From NCBI GenBank assembly GCA_965218435.1, contig CBDCKW010000009.1, positions 3,040,001 to 3,104,000 of the forward strand: DNA of 64,000 nt, read 5' to 3'. Positions 19,090 through 28,571 of the stretch are shown one piece after another. This DNA comes from Truepera sp. Its GTDB lineage: Bacteria > Deinococcota > Deinococci > Deinococcales > Trueperaceae. Position 1 is the stretch's first letter. The number at the start of each line of letters is the position of its first letter. The notes below the pieces were generated by a model, which saw only the letters and a program-made list of their open reading frames with translations, was not told where the DNA came from and did no database searches. The position numbers were made by a program, and so were the translations under genes.

Positions 19090-19320
19090 ACGCTCGGCAA
19101 TCAGCCCCTGGCAGAGCTTTGCCTTAACGGAGACGAATCCCGTTGCTGTAACGCTTTATAACACCGTCCAGAGCTCATCGCTTGCAGCGAGCATTTCCAC
19201 AAACACGACACTTAAACGATCACGACACTTAATGCAACACTTAATGTGCGTACCCAGCGGCATTTTCTCAACTGAGAGAATTGCCAACCAGCTGACACCT
19301 ATAGCTTTAGAAAGGCACTG

Positions 19321-19752
19321 ATGAAAACACCCCTGCTATGCACGGTTTTGACATGTATTTTGACCCTTGGAACCCTGAGCTTCGCCCACAGCAGCTTGGT
19401 CTCTTCAAGTCCTAAAGACGACAGCACCGTCAAGGAGCGCCCTACTCAGATCAGCATGACGTTTTCCGAAGAGGTCGAACCGCAATTTTCTACCTTTGTG
19501 GTCTACCCGCTCGGTCAAGAAAAAGATCACGAGGCGCTCGAGGAAAAAGCCGACACCCTCTTGCCTCAAGTCCTGAGTAAGCCTGACGGCAACCAAGTGA
19601 ACGCTAAGCTGACGACCCAAGAGGCGAGCGATACCATCACCTTGGCGCTGCCCAAAGACCTGAAACCCGGCAGTTACGCGGTCATGTGGCGGGCACTCTC
19701 CGTTGATACGCATACCGTCCAAGACCTGATGGTGTTCACCTATCAGCCCTGA
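19321..19752 (+). CDS. copC: Copper-binding protein CopC
   Basis: Signal peptide ending SFA with His1 in HSSLVSSSP; FSE.VE, G.Y.V.WRALSVDTH motifs. Confidence 0.93.
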   Translation: MKTPLLCTVLTCILTLGTLSFAHSSLVSSSPKDDSTVKERPTQISMTFSEEVEPQFSTFVVYPLGQEKDHEALEEKADTLLPQVLSKPDGNQVNAKLTTQEASDTITLALPKDLKPGSYAVMWRALSVDTHTVQDLMVFTYQP

Positions 19753-19754
19753 GC

Positions 19755-20699
19755 TTGATAGCACTCGCGCTCGTTAAAGCACTGCTTTTGCTAGGAGCCA
19801 TCTTGCTCGTGGGCAGCGGCGTGACGGCGACGATTGTTGCGCCGGAACTGACTATTACGGGACGCGCCTTACGTCGTCGTATCACCTGGGGAGCCGTCGT
19901 AGGCGCAGGGCTGCTTCTGCTCGGCAGTGCGTTCGACCTCGCGCTGACCCTGCTTAATGCGCTGGGTCGGCTTCCCTCTCGTGACCTAACTACCAGCTAT
20001 CTGGGCAGTACCCGTCACGGTCACGCCATCCTCGTGCGGACGGTGTTGGTCGGCTTGGTTTTACTCTTGACGTTCTGGCTTACCCGCCGTCAAAGCCGCC
20101 CTCAAAACCGTCGGCCCTGGCTTATCGGTATTTACCTTGTCGTAAGCTGTTTGCTCCTGGGTACGTTTAGCTATACGAGTCACGCCGCGGCGATGGGCGG
20201 CACCCCACCGCTATTCGCCGATCTCGCCCATTTTGCCGCCGCAACCGTGTGGGCTGGCCCACTTTTTTATCTCGCGCTCGTGCCGGACTGGGGCGAGCCG
20301 TATCAGACCGGTCTACAAATCGCCTTCAAACGCGTATCGTTTATCGGCCTCCTCAGCGTGCTGACGCTTTTTGCCACGGGCATTTATACGACGCTCGTCC
20401 ATCTGCAAGACCCGGCTCGTTTTGCCACCTCGCCTTACGGTTTCGCGCTTTACGCCAAAGTCGCGCTCGTGCTGATCACCGTAGGCTTGGCGACCGCTAA
20501 CCGTTTCTGGTTGTTACCCGCTTTTTTGCGCCGAGGTGCAGTCCGTTTCAAGAGAGCAGTGCGCCTCGAGAGTGTACTGCTCGTAGCGGTCCTGCTTGCC
20601 ACCGGCGTCCTCACCACCAGCGCCCTGCCTCACGGTTCAGGTGAAGCCGATGCGTGGACTAATTTCGTTCACCTCATTCAGATACTTCAGGGAGACTAA
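19755..20699 (+). CDS. copD: Copper transport membrane protein CopD
   Basis: About 8 TM segments; TSHAAA, HFAAATVWAG, SPYG..L..K, ANRF motifs; TTG start 2 nt after copC. Confidence 0.88.
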   Translation: MIALALVKALLLLGAILLVGSGVTATIVAPELTITGRALRRRITWGAVVGAGLLLLGSAFDLALTLLNALGRLPSRDLTTSYLGSTRHGHAILVRTVLVGLVLLLTFWLTRRQSRPQNRRPWLIGIYLVVSCLLLGTFSYTSHAAAMGGTPPLFADLAHFAAATVWAGPLFYLALVPDWGEPYQTGLQIAFKRVSFIGLLSVLTLFATGIYTTLVHLQDPARFATSPYGFALYAKVALVLITVGLATANRFWLLPAFLRRGAVRFKRAVRLESVLLVAVLLATGVLTTSALPHGSGEADAWTNFVHLIQILQGD

Positions 20700-21665
20700 A
20701 TGCTTAAGTTTGTTTTACCTACACTAGCTGCAACCCTTTTTGCCGCCGCTTCAGCCCAGCAACCCGTAACGGTTACGTTTAACGGGATGGTCGGTGACGC
20801 GCCGATCGCGTGCGGTCAAGACTATCCCAACATCGGCAGCGAGGGGACAACCATCGCCTTTCAAGACGCCCGGATGTACGTCTCGAACCTCCGCCTCATC
20901 AACGCTGCGGGTCAAGAAGTACCGATTAGCCTCGAGCAAGACGGGCTCTGGCAATATGAGAACGTCGCCCTGCTGGACTTTGAAAACGCCACCGGCGGCT
21001 GTAGCGACGTTGGCACCAAAGCCACCAACAACCAGGTCAAAGGCACCGTACCCGAAGGCAACTACGACGGTTTAGTCTTCGATTTAGGTGTCCCTTTCGA
21101 GCTGAACCACGCCGACGCCACGACCGCACCCTCACCGCTCAACGTGTCGTCACTTTTTTGGAGTTGGCAGTACGGGTATAAGTTTGCCCGTATCGAAATT
21201 CTTAAGGCGCAAGTCGCGGGCTCTAATGCACAGGATGAGACGGTGAACGTCAGTAAAGGGAACCAGGCGAGTGCTAAAGCACTGGGTCACGCAGGTGAAA
21301 TGGATATGGGGGACGGCGCAGCCAACGGCTTTTGGCCGATTCACCTAGGCAGCACCGGTTGCACCTCGCCCGCCCCGGTCGTTAGCCCCACCGCTGAGTG
21401 CGCGCGCCCCAACCTGAGCACGGTACGGCTCGAGTCTTTCAATCCCACAAGCGATACGGTGACCTTAGACGTTGCAAGGTTACTTGAAGGCGTTGACGTC
21501 GGCAAGTCGCTCGAACTGGCCCCTCCCGGCTGCATGTCGGGGTTTGACGACCCCGACTGCCCTACCCTTTTCAAAAACCTCGGCTTAGCCCTCGAAACCG
21601 GGAAAGCCACCGCCTCACAAACGCTCTTCCGCGTGACCGGTGGAGGCGCTCGGACAAGCCGTTAG
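20700..21665 (+). CDS. mbnP: MbnP-family copper-binding protein (metallo-mystery pair partner)
   Basis: Signal peptide; DARMYVSN, LLDFEN, FDLGVPFELNH, LFWSWQYGYKF (WxW), HLGSTGC, GCMS; 6 Cys. Confidence 0.9.
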   Translation: MLKFVLPTLAATLFAAASAQQPVTVTFNGMVGDAPIACGQDYPNIGSEGTTIAFQDARMYVSNLRLINAAGQEVPISLEQDGLWQYENVALLDFENATGGCSDVGTKATNNQVKGTVPEGNYDGLVFDLGVPFELNHADATTAPSPLNVSSLFWSWQYGYKFARIEILKAQVAGSNAQDETVNVSKGNQASAKALGHAGEMDMGDGAANGFWPIHLGSTGCTSPAPVVSPTAECARPNLSTVRLESFNPTSDTVTLDVARLLEGVDVGKSLELAPPGCMSGFDDPDCPTLFKNLGLALETGKATASQTLFRVTGGGARTSR

Positions 21666-22811
21666 ATGAAACATCTGCTGTTCATTTTGTTCGTTTTGGG
21701 AGGTGTCCTGGCGCTGCTGGGCACCACCTCCCCACCCGAAGCGTCGCCATCCGGGGCGAGTTATGAGTGGGCGCTGCCGACCGGGTTTCCGACGCCTATT
21801 GTCCCCAAAGACAATCCGATGAGTGCTGAAAAGGTCGCGCTGGGCCGTTACCTTTTTTACGACAAGCGGCTTTCAGGTAACGACACCCAAGCGTGCGCGT
21901 CGTGCCACGAGCAAGCCAAGGCGTTTAGTGACGGCAAAACGGTCGCCGTCGGTTCGACGCAAGAGGCGCACCTGCGTAACGCCCAGAGCTTAACCAACGT
22001 CGCCTATAACCCGACCTTGACCTGGGCGAATCCGGGGCTGACGGGGCTCGAGCAACAGGTGCTCATCCCCCTCTTTGGCGAAGGCCCCATCGAACTTGGG
22101 TTAGCCGGTAAAGAAGAACTCGCCCTCGGCGTGTTCAAACAAGACAAGCGGTATCAAAAGCTCTTTAAGGCCGCGTTCCCGAAAGACGCCGACCCTTTTA
22201 CCGTGAGCAACATCGCCAAGGCGCTCGCCTCGTTTAGCCGCACCATCATCTCGGGCGGGTCGCCGTATGACCGGTTTGTCTACAGCGGGGAGCGTAACGC
22301 GCTCTCCCCTTCGGCGATAAGGGGGATGACGCTGTTTTTTTCGGAACGGACCGAATGCCACCACTGTCACGGCGGCTTTAACTTCAGCGATTCGGCGGTT
22401 CACGAGGGTACCGGGTTTCCTGAAACGCCTTTTCACAACACCGGGCTCTACAATTTGGACGGCCTGGGCGCGTATTCGAAAGGCAACCGGGGGCTCTATG
22501 AGATTACCGGCAAACCCGGCGACATGGGCAAGTTTCGCGCCCCTTCGCTCCGCAACGTAGAGCTGACCGCGCCGTACTTTCACGACGGCAGCGCCCGAAC
22601 ACTTGAGGAGGTCGTCAGTTTTTACGAAGCGGGCGGACGTGTTATCAAGACCGGGCCAAATAGGGGCGACGGTCGGCGTAACCCCTACAAGAGCGGGTTT
22701 GTTCAGGGGTTTAAGCTGACCGACCAAGAGCGAACGGATTTGGTCAACTTTCTGAAAAGCCTGACTGACCGCTCCTTGCTTACAAATTCGGCGCTGAGTA
22801 ATCCGTTTTAG
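21666..22811 (+). CDS. mbnH: MbnH-family di-heme cytochrome c peroxidase/MauG-like enzyme
   Basis: NP...EKVALGRYLFYD.RLS, CASCH and CHHCH heme motifs, GKFRAPSLRNV..TAPYFHDG; abuts mbnP. Confidence 0.92.
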   Translation: MKHLLFILFVLGGVLALLGTTSPPEASPSGASYEWALPTGFPTPIVPKDNPMSAEKVALGRYLFYDKRLSGNDTQACASCHEQAKAFSDGKTVAVGSTQEAHLRNAQSLTNVAYNPTLTWANPGLTGLEQQVLIPLFGEGPIELGLAGKEELALGVFKQDKRYQKLFKAAFPKDADPFTVSNIAKALASFSRTIISGGSPYDRFVYSGERNALSPSAIRGMTLFFSERTECHHCHGGFNFSDSAVHEGTGFPETPFHNTGLYNLDGLGAYSKGNRGLYEITGKPGDMGKFRAPSLRNVELTAPYFHDGSARTLEEVVSFYEAGGRVIKTGPNRGDGRRNPYKSGFVQGFKLTDQERTDLVNFLKSLTDRSLLTNSALSNPF

Positions 22812-22818
22812 GCGTCAG

Positions 22819-23040
22819 CTAGGGACGGTAGTTTTCTACCGTCTCCTCGTCTCGTAACCCGACCTCATCAGTATCTTCACCGAACGCTGCCGCCGCGCGG
22901 CGACGGCGCAACAGGTCCCAGTAGCGGTCGAGTTCAATTTGCACTTTGCCTAACGCCTCTTCGTTATCGCCGCCGTCTAATAACTCGTGTTCTTTGGCTA
23001 CCAGGCTCGAGATATGCTCAAACACATCGTCGTTCGTCAT
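22819..23040 (-). CDS. DUF2630-like small protein
   Basis: I..LV..EH.L, LD.YWDLLRRRRA, R....VE.Y pattern. Confidence 0.75.
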   Translation of the reverse strand: MTNDDVFEHISSLVAKEHELLDGGDNEEALGKVQIELDRYWDLLRRRRAAAAFGEDTDEVGLRDEETVENYRP

Positions 23041-23202
23041 CGTTTCCCCTTTCTTTAGATTCTAATGCTGTCGGTCTAGTTGGCGTGACGCTTTAAGTAC
23101 ACAAGAGACTCTCTCTTTCTCGTCAGGCCAACAACTTCTGAATTCTGTGTTCTACATTCTGACTTCTCTCACACCATACGCGGCCAACGCCCCCAACCCT
23201 CT

Positions 23203-23487
23203 TCAAAACATCACTTCGTCAACGTAGCAGTACGCCCACGTTTCACCGGGCTCGAGCGACCGGATAACCAGGTGACCCGACGCTTCAAAGTGCTTTGTCG
23301 CGTGTTTATTTTTTGACGAGTCGCAGCAGCCCACATGCCCGCACGTCATACAGATTCGCAGATGCATCCACGTATCGCCGAGGGCCACGCATTCAGGGCA
23401 GACCCTTTCAGAAGGCGTGTCAACGTCGGTCGTCTGGTCGGTATGGCTACAAACGTCGGTCCCTAGTTGTTCTTGCGTCAGGGTCAT
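23203..23487 (-). CDS. Stand-alone UBP-type zinc finger protein
   Basis: CSH, CPEC, W.HLR.C..CGHVGCCDSS..KHA..H, W.YCY.D. Confidence 0.9.
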   Translation of the reverse strand: MTLTQEQLGTDVCSHTDQTTDVDTPSERVCPECVALGDTWMHLRICMTCGHVGCCDSSKNKHATKHFEASGHLVIRSLEPGETWAYCYVDEVMF

Positions 23488-23519
23488 AAACTGTCCTTTC
23501 TTGGTACTTAGCTGCTTCT

Positions 23520-25313
23520 TTAGTTGACAGGTTCTGCGCCCGCTTGCCTTTCAAACAGGTCGGTGTACAGCCCGCCTTGTGCCAGCAGCTCGTCGTGCGT
23601 ACCCCGCTCGACAATGCGGCCCTGGTCCAACACGATAATCTGGTCGGCATTGCGGATGGTGTTAAGCCGGTGCGCGATAATCAGCGCGGTGCGGCCGGTT
23701 ATGAGCGTGTCAAACGCTGTTTGAATCAGCGCTTCGGTGCGGGTGTCTATGTTCGCCGTCGCCTCGTCTAAAATCAGGAGTCGGGGATTGGTAAGTAAGG
23801 CCCTGGCAATCGCCAAGAGTTGACGTTGCCCCTGACTAAACGACGCGCCGCGTTCACTTGGAATGCTCTCATACCCTTTCGGCAGCGCCTCGATCACGTC
23901 ATGAATATGTGTCTCTTTTGCTACCGCGATGACCTCCTCTAAAGTAGCGTCAGGGCGGCCAAAACGGATGTTGTTGGCTACGGTATCGGAAAACAGATAG
24001 GCGGTTTGCGGCACGTACCCAACCTGTTTGCGGAGGCTGTAGAGGTCTACGTCACGTACATCAACCCCGTCTACTGTCACAGCGCCGCCCTCCACGTCGT
24101 AGTTGCGGAGCAGCAGGTTGGCTAAGGTCGTTTTGCCTGCCCCCGTTTCGCCGACCAAGGCCACCGTTTGACCGGGTTCGGCCCCAAACGACACCCCTTT
24201 GATGACCTCCTGCCCACCATAGCCAAACGTCACATCCCGGTAGACCACGCGGCCTTCTAAATGCTCGAGCTTTGCGGCGTCCGGCGCGTCGGTGATCTCG
24301 GGCTGGGTGTCAAAGAGTTCAAAGATACGCTCGCTCGCGGCAAACGCGCTCTGCGCTTGGGTGTAGAGGTTGGCGAGCGTCTGGACGGGCCGAAAAAAGC
24401 TCTGCACGTAGTTGAGAAAGGCGACGACGACCCCGACTGTCACCAAACTCTGAAACGCCAGCCAGCCTCCGACCCCGGCAACAATCGCTGTTGCCACCGT
24501 TGAAAGGAGGGTGATCGCCGGTGAAAACGCCGCGGTAATCCGCGCCGCGCGGATGTTGGCGTCGCGGTTTTCGGCGTTGGTGCCGCGAAAGTGTTGGGTG
24601 TTATAGCTCACCCGGTTTAAGAAGGCTTGGGTTTCGCGGATCATCCCGAACTCTTCCCCCAGTTCAGCCGACAAGTCCCCGATCGTCCGGCGGGTCAAAC
24701 GAAACGCGACCCTCGCCCGCCGCGAAAACCACATGGTCATTAGGATCATTACCGGTAAGATCGCTAGCGTCGCCAGCGCCAGCGGCCAGCTCAGCGCGAA
24801 CATCCCGACCACGATCCCGACGAGTCCGAACAGCGGTCCGAGCGACTGCGCTAAACCTTGCCCGAACAAGTTTCCGACGGCGGTCGTATCGTTGACCAGG
24901 CGGCTCATCAAGTCACCCGCGCCCTGTTTGGAAAAAAATGCCAGCGACAGCGTTTGCAGATGCGTAAAGATGTCTTCGCGCATATCGCGGAGCATCCGCT
25001 GCGCGGCTACCCCGATCAGGTAACGCTGCGCCATCAGTGAGGCGAAGCCGAGCAGATACAGGGCGGCCAGCCATACCATCGTCGTTCCGAGCCCCGCGCG
25101 GTCGCCCTTGGTGATAAAGCCGTCGATGGCCCGAGCAATCAGCGCCGGTGCGCCCGCTTGCGAGGCGGCGCTGGCTAAGAGCGCCACGAAGACGCCTGCT
25201 AACAAAAGGCCCTGCTTTTGCAGATAGCGCCGCCAGAGCCGCGCCAACACCTGTAGGTCACTGACGTTACGGGGCGAGTTCGTCTCGGTATCTGGGGCTA
25301 AAGCTCGTCTCAT
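23520..25313 (-). CDS. ABC exporter subunit (TMD+NBD)
   Basis: GETGAGKT, FSQGQRQ, ILDEATA, AHRL. Confidence 0.94.
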   Translation of the reverse strand: MRRALAPDTETNSPRNVSDLQVLARLWRRYLQKQGLLLAGVFVALLASAASQAGAPALIARAIDGFITKGDRAGLGTTMVWLAALYLLGFASLMAQRYLIGVAAQRMLRDMREDIFTHLQTLSLAFFSKQGAGDLMSRLVNDTTAVGNLFGQGLAQSLGPLFGLVGIVVGMFALSWPLALATLAILPVMILMTMWFSRRARVAFRLTRRTIGDLSAELGEEFGMIRETQAFLNRVSYNTQHFRGTNAENRDANIRAARITAAFSPAITLLSTVATAIVAGVGGWLAFQSLVTVGVVVAFLNYVQSFFRPVQTLANLYTQAQSAFAASERIFELFDTQPEITDAPDAAKLEHLEGRVVYRDVTFGYGGQEVIKGVSFGAEPGQTVALVGETGAGKTTLANLLLRNYDVEGGAVTVDGVDVRDVDLYSLRKQVGYVPQTAYLFSDTVANNIRFGRPDATLEEVIAVAKETHIHDVIEALPKGYESIPSERGASFSQGQRQLLAIARALLTNPRLLILDEATANIDTRTEALIQTAFDTLITGRTALIIAHRLNTIRNADQIIVLDQGRIVERGTHDELLAQGGLYTDLFERQAGAEPVN

Positions 25314-25323
25314 ACAGTTTTTC

Positions 25324-27069
25324 TCATAGCGTGACCGGTTCCAGCTGCGACGCCAAAATCTCGTTGTAGATACGGCTGCTGAGGCTCAGCTCTTCGTGCG
25401 TTCCGCGAGCAACGATCTCGCCCCCGTCCAAAATCAAAATCAGGTCGGCCTCGCGGACGCTCCCAATACGCTGCGCCACCACAAACGAGGTGCAGCCATA
25501 AGCGAGCGTTTTGAGCGCCTCTTGAATGCGGTATTCGGTTTCGGCGTCTACCGAACTCGTCGAATCGTCGAAGATTAAAATCGGCGGTTTAAGTAGCAAA
25601 GCCCGAGCAATCGCCACCCGTTGCCGCTGCCCGCCGGAAAGTCCGGCCCCGCGTTCGCCGAGCCTCGTCTCGTACCCGTCCGGTTGCTCCATGATAAAGT
25701 CGTGCGCCTGCGCCGTTTTTGCCGCTGCGATGACCTCAGCCTCCGTGGCGTCCGGTTTACCGAAGGCGATGTTGTCCCGAATCGTGCCGCGCAGCAAGTT
25801 CACGTCTTGCAAAACAACGCCGATCTGCTCCCTTAACGACTCGAGGTCCACGTCACGCACGTTAAATCCGTCTAAGATGACCGATCCGGTCGTCGGGTCG
25901 TAAAAACGTGGAAGCAGGTTGACGATGGCGCTTTTGCCGCTCCCGGTCGCGCCCAAAAGCGCCACCTTTTGACACGGCTCGACCGTAAACGACACACCTC
26001 TAAGCACCTCGGCTTCACTCCCTGGCACGCCACTCCCCGGAAAGTGAAAATGGACGTTTTCAAAGCTCACATGACCGGTCAGACGGGGCAGTTCGGGCGC
26101 GTCCGGTTTTGAGGTAATCTCGGGCGGCGTGTCTAAAATCTCGAAGATACGCGCACCTGAAGCCGTCGAGCGCGCCGCCTGTTGCCCCGCAAAGCCGAGC
26201 TGTACAATAGGTTGGAGCAAAAACCCCAGATAGCTGGTAAACGCGACGAGGAGCCCAAGCGACACCGTGCCGCCAATCACCAGCGAGCCCCCGTACCAGA
26301 GGACGATGACGGTAGCGAGGTTGCCTAAAAAAAAGGTCAGTGGAAATCCGAAAGAGACGAGCCGGACGACCTCTAAGTTCGTCTCATACAGGTCGTCGTT
26401 ACGCGTACGGTAACGCCCCACCTGTCCGGTTTCAGCCGCGAACGCCCGCACCACCTCAGCTCCCGCGATATTTTCCTGCAAAACGGTGTTGAGGTTGCCG
26501 AGCTTTTGCTGCACCACCCGAAAACGCGGCGAAATCAGGCGGATAAAGACGCTAAAAACGGCTGTAATCACCGGCATCAGCGCCAGCGCCGCCAGCGCGA
26601 GTTGCCACGACACTACAAACATAATCACCACCGTGCCGACTAAAGTCAGCACGGCGGCGACAATCTGAAAAAGCCCCTCACCGACGAACAGCTGCGCGTT
26701 TTCTACGTCCGAGGTCGCGCGGGTCACCAGCTGCCCGGTCTGCTGCTGGTCGTAGTACGAAAACGACAACCGCTGGAGCGCACCGAACACGTCGTTACGC
26801 AGGTCAAACGCGACATTTTGCGAGATACTCTGCGCCCAAAACGCGTAAAGGAAGTTCGACACGCCGCCTAAAAGCGCCACACCTAAAAGCAGCAGCGTGA
26901 CGTTTAAGACGGCGCTGGCGTCTTGCGCCGCGATACCCCGGTCAATCAGCCGCCGCAGTAAGAGCGGTACGGCGAGGTTCGCCGCCGTATAGACGATCAG
27001 CGCCCCGAGCGCCCCGAACCAGAGGCGCGGGTAGCTGCTCAGATAGGTGAGTAAACGGCGGAGTGTCAT
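25324..27069 (-). CDS. ABC exporter subunit (TMD+NBD), degenerate-site half
   Basis: GATGSGKS, LSGGQRQ, IFDDSTS, AQRI (Gln in place of the switch His). Confidence 0.94.
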   Translation of the reverse strand: MTLRRLLTYLSSYPRLWFGALGALIVYTAANLAVPLLLRRLIDRGIAAQDASAVLNVTLLLLGVALLGGVSNFLYAFWAQSISQNVAFDLRNDVFGALQRLSFSYYDQQQTGQLVTRATSDVENAQLFVGEGLFQIVAAVLTLVGTVVIMFVVSWQLALAALALMPVITAVFSVFIRLISPRFRVVQQKLGNLNTVLQENIAGAEVVRAFAAETGQVGRYRTRNDDLYETNLEVVRLVSFGFPLTFFLGNLATVIVLWYGGSLVIGGTVSLGLLVAFTSYLGFLLQPIVQLGFAGQQAARSTASGARIFEILDTPPEITSKPDAPELPRLTGHVSFENVHFHFPGSGVPGSEAEVLRGVSFTVEPCQKVALLGATGSGKSAIVNLLPRFYDPTTGSVILDGFNVRDVDLESLREQIGVVLQDVNLLRGTIRDNIAFGKPDATEAEVIAAAKTAQAHDFIMEQPDGYETRLGERGAGLSGGQRQRVAIARALLLKPPILIFDDSTSSVDAETEYRIQEALKTLAYGCTSFVVAQRIGSVREADLILILDGGEIVARGTHEELSLSSRIYNEILASQLEPVTL

Positions 27070-27173
27070 TGGCGTGTCAAGTGTCCCCGGTCATCAAGCT
27101 GATGGTATCCCCTCGAGCCCCACCGCCCAGCAGTTCAAGCAGCGACCAAACTTACAGCTCAGCCCAGAGTCCG

Positions 27174-27527
27174 CTAAAGCTCAACGACCTGCTCGAGCCC
27201 CAGCACATCGTCATAACTACGAAAGCCTTTATCTTTTGCCAGATGTTTGCCGTACCCGGCCGACTGCACCAAGCTCTGATAATAGCTGCACACCGCCCGC
27301 TCAAAAGCTTTACGGTTGAGCTTAATTGGAGCGTCAAACTCGCCGACCGTAACGTCGCCCGAGTCGTGAAGCGTATTGACCGGCTCGGTCAGGTCAACGA
27401 ACAAATCTTTATAGCTTCCTTGGTCGTTCTCGAGGTCAAAATGCACGCGCGAGACGGCGTGCGTCTCACTGCCGCCGAGTTCACGGCTGTCTTGGACAAC
27501 TTTGTGGAAGATAACTCTGGTTTTCAC
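27174..27527 (-). CDS. Hypothetical protein (117 aa)
   Basis: GTG start with AAGGGAG SD; protein-like beta-rich composition. Confidence 0.6.
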   Translation of the reverse strand: MKTRVIFHKVVQDSRELGGSETHAVSRVHFDLENDQGSYKDLFVDLTEPVNTLHDSGDVTVGEFDAPIKLNRKAFERAVCSYYQSLVQSAGYGKHLAKDKGFRSYDDVLGLEQVVEL

Positions 27528-27680
27528 GGCAACTCCCTTTTGGTCAATGTAGCAGAACCGGCATGAAACGGGGCGCGAGGCTACCCTTTTTCTTTAATCC
27601 TACGGCACGCGGCGGGTTTGTCAAGTCCATGTTGGTGAGTTTAAGAGCACCTCTACCTTGGCTCCCAAAAATGGCGCGCT

Positions 27681-27713
27681 CGAGGTTTCTACTGGGTTTT
27701 TACGAGGTTTCTA
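27681..27713 (+). promoter_or_regulatory. 11-bp direct repeat CGAGGTTTCTA (22-bp period) upstream of the SDR operon
   Basis: Identical copies at 27681 and 27703; regulatory function is inferred. Confidence 0.4.
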
Positions 27714-27806
27714 GGTCTTTGGACGGAGGCGGCTGCGTCTAAGCGCCCCTAGACTTGGGTAATCAGAACCACTGCCCCGACGCTTCCGGGCCGAAAGGAA
27801 TCCGAG

Positions 27807-28571
27807 ATGACGCATAAGACAAAAGACAAGACCCCACGACCCGAACAACCCGTTGCACTGATCACCGGCCCCAGCCGTGGCCTCGGCTTTACCCTCGCCA
27901 ACTTTTTAGCCGCGCAGGGTTATACGCTCATCATCACCGCTCGTAACCCAACCGCGCTGGGGGCCGCCGCCGAAACTTTAAGACGTTATGGCCATCCAGT
28001 GTACGCCCTTCCCGGCGACGTGACCGACCCGGCGCACTGCCGCGCTCTAGGGGAGGTTGTACGTGAAGGCGGGCTCGACCTCCTCGTCAACAACGCGTCC
28101 GACTTGGGTGTCAGTCCACTGCCTGAGCTGGCACAGTATCCCTTAGAACGCTTGGGCAAACTCTTTGATACGAACGTCTTGGCCCCTTTAGGGCTCGTGC
28201 AAGAAACGCTCGAGGCCCTCCGGGTACGCCGCGGACTCGTCGTCAATGTTTCGTCGGACGCTGCTCTCGGCGCGTATCCGGGGTGGGGCGCTTACGGCTC
28301 GAGCAAAGCCGCGCTAGACCTGATGACCCGCACACTCGCCGCAGAACTTGCTGCTGGTACAGATGGTGTAAGCGTCGTGTCGGTTGACCCTGGCGACTTG
28401 CGGACGCAGATGCACCAAGACGCGTTTCCCGGTGAAGACATCAGTGATCGGCCCCTCCCGGAGGTGACGCTGCCCTTTTGGGCGTGGCTTTTGGGTCAAG
28501 ACCCGCGCCGGGTTTCAGGGGGACGTTTTGCAGCCCAGGGCGAACGGTGGGAGCTGCCCCGTGCCGCCTGA
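27807..28571 (+). CDS. Short-chain dehydrogenase/reductase
   Basis: ITGPSRGLG, LVNNAS, NVSSDA, YGSSKAA, VDPG. Confidence 0.93.
   Translation: MTHKTKDKTPRPEQPVALITGPSRGLGFTLANFLAAQGYTLIITARNPTALGAAAETLRRYGHPVYALPGDVTDPAHCRALGEVVREGGLDLLVNNASDLGVSPLPELAQYPLERLGKLFDTNVLAPLGLVQETLEALRVRRGLVVNVSSDAALGAYPGWGAYGSSKAALDLMTRTLAAELAAGTDGVSVVSVDPGDLRTQMHQDAFPGEDISDRPLPEVTLPFWAWLLGQDPRRVSGGRFAAQGERWELPRAA

Noticed and set aside
19321..22811. Methanobactin biosynthetic cluster
   Set aside because: No mbnA precursor, mbnB/mbnC or TonB-dependent receptor is present.
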